A stretch of 64,000 nucleotides of DNA from a virus (taxonomy: Duplodnaviria > Caudoviricetes). Position 1 is the first letter of the stretch. Each line of letters starts with the position of its first letter. The stretch covers positions 20,352-84,351 of IMG/VR virus record IMGVR_UViG_3300020037_002731. One strand, written 5' to 3'. This document shows positions 1 through 10,200 of this stretch, in pieces. Both the position numbers and the translations under genes were made by a program. The notes under the pieces are model-generated. The model was not told the origin of the DNA. It was given only the letters and a program-made list of their open reading frames with translations, and did not search any database.

Positions 1-906
1 AATAATATCTTCACCTATATTAGCATTATTTTGTTTACCTTTTAAAGCATCTTTAAACGAATAATTATCTTTATAAGCAGATTGCACCATTTTAGAAGGT
101 ATACTTAATGGTTGTAGTATGTTTAAAGGATTATCTTCTTTCTTAGCTTCCTCTTGTGATAATGATGGATTTTTAAAAGCAACTGGACTTCCTGCATTTC
201 CTACACTTAACAATCCTTGTTCAAATTTACTCCAAATAGAAGGTTCTATTTTACTTGAATAACTACTGTTTTTAATAAGCTCTAATTCTTTTTGAGTAAA
301 TCCTTGTAATGTTTTTAATCTATCATTAGAATAATCTGTATCAAAGGTAGGTTTTCTTTTAAATATATTTTCTACTACTTTATCATTAATTCTTTTATCA
401 TATTCTGCAACATTATTAGGATTCATATTTGTAGATGAAATACCCATGCTTCTACTAAATTTAGGCATAGCTTCATCTATAAATCTATCCTTACTATATT
501 CTTTTTCAAATTGTCTTTTATCTTTTAACCATTGTGGAGCTTCTGCTGTTATAACTACTTCTTTTAAAGGTGTAGCAATATAAGTATCAGAATTTTTATC
601 ATAGCTCGTTAACTTCCCACTATTATACAAATCTCTATATTCAGGAGAACTTATATCATATTCTTTAATTTGGTTATCCTGATTAACTTTTACTTTTTTA
701 TTAGGAGGATAAACACTACCATCACCCGCATATTGACTTGTAACAGGTAATGTTTCTACTAAACTATCTATACAACCATGACAACCTTCTGATAGTTTTT
801 GTTTAACCCAATTTCTTTTATTTGCAGGAATTATTACTTTATCTCCATTAGAATTTTCAAGTATTAATTCATTATGTTCCGCTTCTACGTTTATATTTTT
901 ATACAT
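1..906 (-). CDS. Polyvalent/cargo-associated protein, 5' part (runs off the left edge of the window)
   Basis: Not in the ORF track. Manual translation from ATG 906 is open to position 1: MYKNINVEAEHNELILENSNGDKVIIPANKRNWVKQKLSEGCHGCIDSLVETLP...YAGDG. Starts 4 nt after the 911 stop. Confidence 0.8.
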   Translation of the reverse strand, partial: MYKNINVEAEHNELILENSNGDKVIIPANKRNWVKQKLSEGCHGCIDSLVETLPVTSQYAGDGSVYPPNKKVKVNQDNQIKEYDISSPEYRDLYNSGKLTSYDKNSDTYIATPLKEVVITAEAPQWLKDKRQFEKEYSKDRFIDEAMPKFSRSMGISSTNMNPNNVAEYDKRINDKVVENIFKRKPTFDTDYSNDRLKTLQGFTQKELELIKNSSYSSKIEPSIWSKFEQGLLSVGNAGSPVAFKNPSLSQEEAKKEDNPLNILQPLSIPSKMVQSAYKDNYSFKDALKGKQNNANIGEDII

Positions 907-910
907 AATA

Positions 911-1993
911 TTAATTTTTAGGAATTACTAAACCATACTTTGCTGTAAATTGAGTATTACCATTTTTAATACTAACCCCATCTTTACCAATAGTTAAATC
1001 TATTCCGCCTTCTTTGTGTGTAGGATAGCCTTTTAAATCTTTAATTACTTTCCATTTACCTCCTTTAGTAAAGGCTGTAGCTAATCCTTTTTCAGCTTTT
1101 AATTTACCTTTGCAATCTATTTCAAGTAAACCTTCTTTTTCTAACTCTCTTATTTTAGCTTCTACATCAGATTCTTGTACTTCTGTAACTGTTTGTTTTG
1201 CAGTTGATTGTATAATAGATTTAACAAAGAATGTAACCCAGTTTGAATCCTTATTAAGTAACTGTAAAAATGAGCTTTGCTTAAAAGATTCATCATATTT
1301 ATTATGAATATCTTGTAATTTATTTTCAAGTGTATTATTAAATTTCTTATACCAATCTTCTTGAAATTTATTAAACTTTTCATTAGTTCCTTCTGAAATA
1401 CCTTCTTCATATGGTCTTACTCCATATTTCTTCTCAAATTCATCTCTTAGAGTATAATGTTTATCTATTCCGCCATCTTCAGTTAAAAGATTATAGTTTT
1501 CATTAAATAAATTTACTATTTCAGGAGTTAGATTAATAGTTCCAATAAGTTTACCATTAACAGATTTTCTATATCTTACTTCTTGTAATTGTCCAAAATC
1601 AAAAATCTTTTGGTCTGATAAGTCAATATCAGGTTTATCACTAATTTCATATACATAAAAAGTTCCTGTTTGAGGATGATTAGAAGCACTCCAGTTACCC
1701 ATTAAGGCTGCTCCAATAGATTTACTCGCTGAGGTTTCAGGTATTTGAGATTTCTTAAATCCACCATATTTAGAGGTAACTAATCTATGTTTACCTTCAT
1801 AATCTTCTACTTGTTCAGTAAAAGAAGTGGGTAAAAATCCAGTTTCATTTCCTAAATCAACATTAACTACTCTGTAAAACTTATTAGGTTTTGATACAAG
1901 AGATTGCTTATTAGCTAATGGTTTAGCAATTTGCTCTACAAATTCTTCTTTAGAATCATAGGTTACTCCTTTATATATATACTTACACGCCAT
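911..1993 (-). CDS. Polyvalent-type module protein with a putative R-S-E ADP-ribosyltransferase-like domain
   Basis: 360-aa ORF with FYRV...TSASKS...FYVYEI...QEVRY. The C-terminal THKEGGIDL resembles HEQGGI in the 940-aa cargo protein. Confidence 0.55.
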   Translation of the reverse strand: MACKYIYKGVTYDSKEEFVEQIAKPLANKQSLVSKPNKFYRVVNVDLGNETGFLPTSFTEQVEDYEGKHRLVTSKYGGFKKSQIPETSASKSIGAALMGNWSASNHPQTGTFYVYEISDKPDIDLSDQKIFDFGQLQEVRYRKSVNGKLIGTINLTPEIVNLFNENYNLLTEDGGIDKHYTLRDEFEKKYGVRPYEEGISEGTNEKFNKFQEDWYKKFNNTLENKLQDIHNKYDESFKQSSFLQLLNKDSNWVTFFVKSIIQSTAKQTVTEVQESDVEAKIRELEKEGLLEIDCKGKLKAEKGLATAFTKGGKWKVIKDLKGYPTHKEGGIDLTIGKDGVSIKNGNTQFTAKYGLVIPKN

Positions 1994-2712
1994 TATCTAT
2001 TATGTTTTTTAAAACTTCTATTTATTTGTTGCACTCCAGATTTAGAAATCCCATATAAAGGAGCTATTTCCTTATACATTTTACCTTGTTTTATAAGCTC
2101 AATTATTTCATTTCTTTGAGCCTCTGTCAATTTTTGTTTAGGAGAAATCTTATTGGTTCTTCTGGTTAAATGTTTTTCTTCCTCTTTTACAATATAATCT
2201 GGAATATTTTTCCAACTTCTATGAGCTTTAATTTCAGATATTGTAGTAATACCTACTTTATACTTTTCAGCAATTTCTTTCAAAGAGATATTAAAGGCAA
2301 TCATCTTCTTAATATCATAAATATCTTCTATTGGTATTTTAGAATTAGTTTGTCCTTCATTATAAAGCTTAATTCTTGTCTTAGACATTTTATCAATAGT
2401 AGAAGAATCAAATTCTACACAGTCTCCTCCTGTAGTTAAATTTAATCCATTAATATTATTACCTCTAAAACTGTCAAATTCCTTAACATATTTCTTTTCT
2501 AAAACATTAAGTTCCTCTCTTGTAAAATTTCCCTTTTCAACAATTTCAAAAGAATGATTTTCTACTCCATGTTTTAAAAAAGACCTATATAATAGAATTT
2601 GAGCCTTACAATTTAATTCTTTATATCTGTTAAGTCTATATTCAACATCTTTAGATTGTCCAATATAGATTTTATTAGTAGGGGAAATAACTTTATAAAT
2701 TCCTGATTTCAT
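1993..2712 (-). mobile_element. Free-standing GIY-YIG homing endonuclease with C-terminal HTH repeats
   Basis: GIYKV...KIYIGQS...R motif and two HTH-like segments. The true start is probably ATG 2712 because the track start (2745) overlaps the promoter -7 box. Confidence 0.88.
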
Positions 2713-2731
2713 TTTTAGTATATTTGAACTA

Positions 2732-2763
2732 CAAAGATACAACATTAATTTGTAATTTCCAAA
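2732..2763 (-). promoter_or_regulatory. Bacteroidota sigma70-type promoter for the GIY-YIG gene
   Basis: Minus strand TTTG-N20-TATCTTTG, matching the -33 TTTG / -7 TAnnTTTG consensus. Confidence 0.8.
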
Positions 2764-2781
2764 TTTTATTGAAAAAAGTTA

Positions 2782-4212
2782 TTAACATTCTACTTTAAGT
2801 TCTCCACTTTTCTTTAATTGTTCAATAATAGCTTCTACATTACCTAAATTTCTTCCTTTTTGGAAAATTTCAGATTGTACTTCTAGTATTCTACGGGTTT
2901 TAGGATTTCCTTCTAGTAAGTCAGATAAATATCCTCTTGTACTAATAACTTTAGATTTATCAACTTTAGCTACAGTATCATCTATATCAGATTTCCAATC
3001 TTCAAAACCATAAGTAGCTCCTCTTGCATCAAATCTTTTCTTAAACTCATCTTTAGGTATAGTAATTACTTTATCAAAGTCAGACATTCTTTCTTTAAGA
3101 ATATTAGTGTTTGAAACAAATAACCTTTTACCTTCTTTTTTAGCTTGTAATTTTAATCTATCAAATAGATTAAGCATAAATTCATTATACTCTTTAGGTT
3201 TTCTACCTTTATATTCTTGTCTTGTTTCAGAACTTCTATTAGTATCTATAAAAGCAATTACTTCATTTGCATAATCATCATCTAAACTAATAAAATCATT
3301 ATTTCCTTTTTGTTTTAAATAACTTTTACCAATAGTAGGATGTCCAAATATTATTTTATCATTTTTTGTTATAGGATTATATTGAGCAGTTTCACTGTTT
3401 AAAAAATCATCTTCTTCTTTCCAACCAACTATTTTGTTTTCTTTATCATCACTTCTAAACCATCCAATACCATTTTCAGTACTAAATTGAGCATGTCCTT
3501 TAATACTTGGAATAATATCAGGAATTCTTATTTCATTTTCAGTGTAATTAGTACCTCCTGGAACTGTTAGATTAGAGTAATAGGAAGTAGGCTCACTATA
3601 TAAATATTCTTCTTCTCCATATTCTTCTCCAGTATCTATATCTCTAAAAGAAGATTTAGTACTTTCTTTATTTAAAGCAGTATTAATTTCAACACTATAT
3701 CCATAATTAGCTAATAAAGAAGCTATTAATTCTCCTTTACTCATACCTTCAGAGTAAGTATCTTTTAATAATTGAATTTGTTGAGAACTTGCACCTTTAA
3801 GATCATTTAAAAATCCTTGAAAGTTCTTACCAGGCTCTCTAACTTTATTGGAGCTAAGTAAGTCTATTATTCTTAAAGAATAATTAACTTCATCTGAATC
3901 TTCTACATTAGCAAATAATACTCCTTGTAGTTCTTTAGATACTGGTAATACATCAACACTTAACTTATGCCTTCCTGGAGCTTCAGTTTGAATACTAGCT
4001 ACTTTAGCACCTAATTTCTTATTAGTACTTGATACAAAATTATAAGCTGCCTGAATATTATTTTTCAGGGTGTATAATTTGTTATTGAATTTTCTAAAAG
4101 CTTTACTATCTACAGCATCTTGAAAGACCTGTACATGAATTTCTGATAACCTTTCTTTTTCAGTTTCAGAAATTTCTTCTTTTTCTATATAATTAAATTT
4201 ACAGTTTACCAT
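2782..4212 (-). CDS. Large-polyvalent-protein-type module with an inserted P-loop NTPase/kinase domain
   Basis: PGGTNYTE...GHAQF...GWFRSD and RILEVQSEIFQKGR flank a GHPTIGKS Walker A region. Confidence 0.65.
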   Translation of the reverse strand: MVNCKFNYIEKEEISETEKERLSEIHVQVFQDAVDSKAFRKFNNKLYTLKNNIQAAYNFVSSTNKKLGAKVASIQTEAPGRHKLSVDVLPVSKELQGVLFANVEDSDEVNYSLRIIDLLSSNKVREPGKNFQGFLNDLKGASSQQIQLLKDTYSEGMSKGELIASLLANYGYSVEINTALNKESTKSSFRDIDTGEEYGEEEYLYSEPTSYYSNLTVPGGTNYTENEIRIPDIIPSIKGHAQFSTENGIGWFRSDDKENKIVGWKEEDDFLNSETAQYNPITKNDKIIFGHPTIGKSYLKQKGNNDFISLDDDYANEVIAFIDTNRSSETRQEYKGRKPKEYNEFMLNLFDRLKLQAKKEGKRLFVSNTNILKERMSDFDKVITIPKDEFKKRFDARGATYGFEDWKSDIDDTVAKVDKSKVISTRGYLSDLLEGNPKTRRILEVQSEIFQKGRNLGNVEAIIEQLKKSGELKVEC

Positions 4213-4215
4213 TTC

Positions 4216-7200
4216 TTATATTGTTACACAATTTGGGATTTGATCATATTCTTCTTGAGTAATATTTCTTAATTCATCAGGTTCTTGTGGAATACTTTCA
4301 TAATCTATAAAATCATCTAAATCAGAAGTATTATTAGAACTTAGTACAAATACATTATTAGTAGCTCTTGACATACCTACATATTTAAGTTGCTGTCTTA
4401 ATTCTAAATCTTTAAATGCATCAATAGTATCTGCTAACAAAAGTACTTTATTATAAGTTCCACCTTGAGATTTATGTATAGTATGTGCATACCCATAATC
4501 TAAAGTTTTCTTTACAATGTAATTACCAGTTTGATTTTTTAAATCTTTCATAAAGGCTAATTGACTTTGTAATTCTCTAGCTCCAGCAAACATTTGTGCT
4601 GCTTTCTTTCTGTTGCCAGTCTTCATAGCTATTGCACCTTCTTTATTCATTGCTTCTACTTTCTGTACAAATTTAAGTACTTTATTAGGATCTTCAGTAT
4701 TATCTACAATAAATACATACTTATTACCATCCTCTGAATTTAAAGTATTTTTAAGTACAACCTGGTATCCAGAATAACTTTCATTGATACTACCAATTTG
4801 TTTATTACTCTTTTTAGCACTAAGTACTTCATAATCTCCAGAATTAATAATTAATGGTTCTCCAGTATTATAATCTATATCAAAATTATCATATCCCATT
4901 AATATATCTCCAGGTACTAATTGTTCATTAGTGTTAAATAATATTCTTCTAACTAAAGTATTGTATTCTTTAACTATTTGATTAGTACCAGATAAAATTC
5001 TAAAGAATAACTTATTCTGTTTAAAATTATCAGAAGTAAATGCTGCACTAATTATATCATTAGCTTCTTTAGTACTATCCATGTACTGTACTCCAATTCC
5101 TTTCTCATTAACTTTACTAGTATAGGTAAAGTCTTTTCCATTTCTAAGGTTAGTACTTTCTTCAAGTATAGCATTATCTCCAGTTCTTTCAACTTTAGTT
5201 AATTGAATTTGTGGATTTTGATTAGTACTAAATACTTTACTAATATTTTTCTGTCCTACAGGTTTAATTTGTCCCTTATCCCCTACATAAATAACCTTAA
5301 TATTGAGTTCTTGTATTTTCTTTTGAATAAAATCATACAAAGAATCTGATACCATACTACTTTCATCAATAATAAGTAAATCTCCTCTTTGGATTTTAAC
5401 TTTATTTTTTTGTGCAAATTCAAGATCTCTAATATCATAGTTACCTAATTCATCAAGTCTAATATCAGGAGTTAATCCAAATAATTTATGAAGAGTAAGA
5501 ACTCTAGCATTAGGATTATTAAGCTTAGTTACTGCATTAGCTCTATGTGTAGGGGCAGTATAATAAGGGTATCTATGTTGAGAAGATAAGTACTTATCAA
5601 ATAATGATATTAAAGTAGTTTTACCAGTTCCAGCATATCCTGATAAAGTAATTTCTTTATTACCAGAATTCATGAACTCTTCAAGCTTAAGTAAAGCTTT
5701 TCTTTGTTCATTATTTAAAGCAAATGGTAAGTACAATTTATATCCACTTTTAAAAGTAAATTCCATTGGATTACCTTCAATAATTTCTGGCTCTTCTTGG
5801 ATATTTGGATTAGGTAATATCTCTTCCTGTACAGTTTTTTCAGATTGTGTAATTGGTCTTATAGAATACACAAATCTACTTTGATTTCCATTTACAAAGT
5901 TTGAACTAAACTTATTATTTATTGTAAAATCCTTCCAATGCTCAAATCCTTCATTTTTTGCAAAAGTATTAAGATCTTGAGATATTCCATTAATTTTAAG
6001 ATCTATTTCTGCACCTTGTTCATCATTAGCATATCCTTGCAAGTACTCAATTTTTGCTTCTCCTATTAATTTAATTTCAATTAAAGTCCCATCTGGAAGT
6101 TTATGAGTACCCTCTGATAACTTTTCTTTTCTTATTGTAGTTGTTTTAGTTCCTGATTTTATTTTCTCAATATTATCAGATTGCATTGGTAAAGATAATA
6201 CTTTTTCTGGAGATTCCAAAACTTCAGATCCTTCAATTCCTTGAATTATTTCTGGAGAAAGAACTATAGTTTCTTGATCTTCTGGAGAAATTTCAAATCT
6301 TTCTTCAGGTATTTCTTCTTCATTTGTCTTAGGTTCTGGATCTCCTTGAATATCTTTGTATTTTTTGCTTAATTCATCACTAAGAGCTTTATTTCCCTCT
6401 GGAGTATTAATCCAAGGTTTTAAGTACTCATTACTATACAATTCTATACTAAATCTGTACTCATGTACTGGTTTGTACTCTTTAGGTAAGGAATCTTTAT
6501 TAACATTAGATCTGTAATTATTAGAATTACTTATGTAGTTTCTAATAAATTCATTCTGCAATTCTGCTGAAGTTTTTCCAGTTAATTCTTTAATAACACT
6601 TTCACTAGGATTACTTTTAGCTAATTCAGTATTTAGTTTCTGTAAATTTTGAGCTAAGTTTCTTAACATTTGAACTGGAATAAATCTCATAAATGAGTTA
6701 TTTCCAAATTCCATGTTATTCATAGCTGCTTGATAATTCAATAAATCTGTAGCAAATTGAGCTATTTCAGGATTACTTGAATGATACATTTGATTAATAC
6801 TATCAATAAATACCTCACTTAATTCTTTAGTAGGAGTTGTAGTACTATCAAATTTAAGTATATGTAAGGGAGTAGTATTACCCTTATCTCCAGGACTTAA
6901 TGGTTTTAAGTACTTAATGAATTTATTCTGTTTAAATTCAGGATACTTAAGTAAATTCTTAAACTTAGTTGTAATTAAATCTTCTGAAGTAGTATCTTTT
7001 AATTGAGTAACTAATCCTGCAAATTTTACATTAGGGTTTAGTGCTTTGTACACTTTCATCTGTAAATAAGTACTTAAATTAGCTCTTACTTTAGGAGTAT
7101 TTTTAAAAGTACTACCTTTAAGTAATGATAAAGTTTCATTCTGAATATTCCTAAACATTTCAGTTTCTTGCAAAAATAAATTTCTAGCAATATCAAGTAC

Positions 7201-10200
7201 TTTTCGTAGATTTCTTACATTATTAACAATGTTCTTTTCATTTTGAAGTAACTTAACTGTATCAAATGGATTAGGTATTGGATTACCATTTTTATCTAAT
7301 TTAGGAATAGTTAGTTCATCATATGAATTTAAGAAACTTCTTGCAGTATCAAATGAAGATCCAATAATTCTGGTTAAAGTATTAAGTCTTGATACATTAA
7401 AAGCAAAACTACTTATTTGTTGTGCTTTTATGTACATTCTTAAAGCTTTTACTTGAATCTGTAAGAACTCTTGAGAGTTTTGATCCATTTCTAAAGCATC
7501 CCATAATTCTTTACTAGTTAAATTATTAGGCACTTCCTTATTCTTAAGTTTACTCATGTAATCATTAAGCAATGGAGCTAATTCTCTAGGTTTTAAGCTT
7601 CCAGCTTTAACAATAACAGGTTGTACACTTAAAGGAGCATCACCATCTTTAATATTAATACCTAATTGATTTAAGTAACTAAATATACTTACACTTCCTA
7701 CAAGCCAATGAAATGTACTAGCCATTGGATCTTTACTATTATCAATAGTAGTACTTACCTTTTCAGAACTATAGTTATTTTTAAGGTAAGTTACATCATC
7801 AGGAGTATTAAATGTCTTATAAGTTTCTCCATTGAATTGTATATAAAACTCTGGATTTAAATCAACTCTATTCTTAGTTAAGTTAGCTCCAGTACTTTGA
7901 GCTAGTACAGCACTTCCTCTTAAAGTAGTACTTGCAGTATTATCATCCCAAGCTTTAATAAGACCATCTGGTGTAAAAATATTGTAAGTAATTTTATCTG
8001 TACCTAGTATCTTTTCTATTTTCTCTTTACTTTCTTTAGTATCATCAGTTGTACTAGCTTGTTTAAAATACTTCTCAAGTTCAGGCTGTTGCATTACTTC
8101 TTCTAACTTAATAATAAGCCTGTTATTTAAAGCACCTTGAGATTCAGGACTTCCTTTTAGTATAAAATCATCTAATGTTCCAGGAAGATTAAATTTCTCA
8201 AGAACTTGTCTTGCTGCATAATCTCTAAGATCATTAATATCTTCATACCTTTTTTGTAAAGCCTCTTTTAAGTCTCTTCTAGTTTGTTTAAATAACCACT
8301 CAAAAGAATCTTTATCATCAATGTACCATTCATTAATTTTTCTTTGAAGTTTTAACTCTTGTACCTCTTTAAGAATTTTATCATATCCTAGTTCAGTTAA
8401 AGTTTTACTTAACTCTTTCTTTACATCTAGATTATTATTTAAATACCAATCTCTGTACTCTTCCCATTTATCTTCTGTTTCTGTAGCATCTCCATAGTAT
8501 TGCTTACCATGTCTTTCTTTACTAAATATAAATAAACTATCATCATCAAAGTCTTGTCCTGCATACAAAGTTAATTGTGGAGCAGCTATAACTATATCTC
8601 CCATGTAATCAGGTAAAATATCTACTATCTTACTTCTTCCCATGAAGTTATAACCTTGAGTAGGTACTCTAAGTGAAACTACAGTATCTCCTATTTTTAA
8701 TCCTAATCTTTTAGCAGTGTACCCTGAAATAACAATTTCTCCTACTGGATTACCATTTTCCCAAGTTACTTTTAAATCTGATACTGGATAATCATTGTAC
8801 TCATCACTATTTCTTTGTGAGCTAGGTATTACTTCTCCATTCTCATCTCTAATAGTCTGATATATGATAGGAGAACCCATAGTTAATTTAGCTCCACCTA
8901 ATTTATGTTGAAATGCATCCTTAAATCCAGATAAATATATCTGTTCTAACTTCTTTCTTGTATGTGCAAGATTTAAAGTGTATTCAGGAATTCCAACAGT
9001 ATCTCTAAGAAGTTCAATCATTTGCATATCAGAAGTAGTCTCCTCTATAATATCCCTATACTTTTGAAATACATAAGATAAATCACTCTTTAAATTTCCT
9101 TGTTCATCAATTAATTGTGAACTTAAAAAATCAAAAGTATTATTTCTTAATTGTACTTGAATATCTTGAATCTCTTCTTTTAATAGATTATTTTTTTCAT
9201 TATCTAATAAACCAAAATCTATTAATTGTTGAATTTGAGTTAGCCAAGGTACTCTAGTCTTATCTTTACTCTCCTTTAGTACTTGTTCTCTTCTGTACTT
9301 TCTAGGTACTTCATATATTGTAGGATTTTCTCCTGTTATTGGAGTACTTTTTCCAAAGAATATTTTAGCTGCACTTTTAGGTACAATTAAATCTGCATTA
9401 TTATTTTGAAGTAATTTCCACCTGTTAAATCCTTGTTCTTGACCTTTCTTAGCTACCCATTCTTTACCATTCCAATATCCAGTATCCCAGGGAGTTAAAG
9501 TATAGATACTCATTTTATAGTACACTCTATTACCTAAAGTATCAAATCCAGCAGTTACATGCTTTTGAGATACAAGATCTAATGATTGTATTTCTTCTCT
9601 AGTCAAAGATACTGGATTTCCCTCTGCATCTAATTCCTCTCCATTAAGTTTCTTTAATGCAAGTTTTTGCAATTCAGTTAAAGTACCTAAAGCTTTTAAA
9701 TCTTTAAATTTACCCCTAGGACTTTGAAATACTTGAGCATCATCAGGATTTATAGGTTTCTTATAAAACTTCTTAGCTTCTTCACCTTCTGGCTTAGTCC
9801 ATTGTACTTCTCCACTTTCAATATTAACCCAAGCTTCAGTATTTTCTGTATAAATAATCTTATCATTTCCTTCTCCCATATCTTTACCACTAGCATTAAG
9901 AGAACTTTCTCTTTTAAATCTTTCAGAAAATAAAGCATTATAACTCTTTTCCCAAGTACCTAAATCTATGTACTTAAGTTGAGATAGATCTCCTTCTGTT
10001 AATTGTTGTACAGCAGAGTTATTAATAAGATTATTTAAGAAGAATTGATACAAGTATTCCTCTGTAAATTCCATTCCTTTAACCTCATGTTTCTGTATTT
10101 GAGAAAGAATATCTGCCTGGATAATAGGAAGTACAACACTTTCAAAGTGAGTATTAATATCAGCTTGAGTCTTAATTTTTTCAAATATTTCAGGATGATT

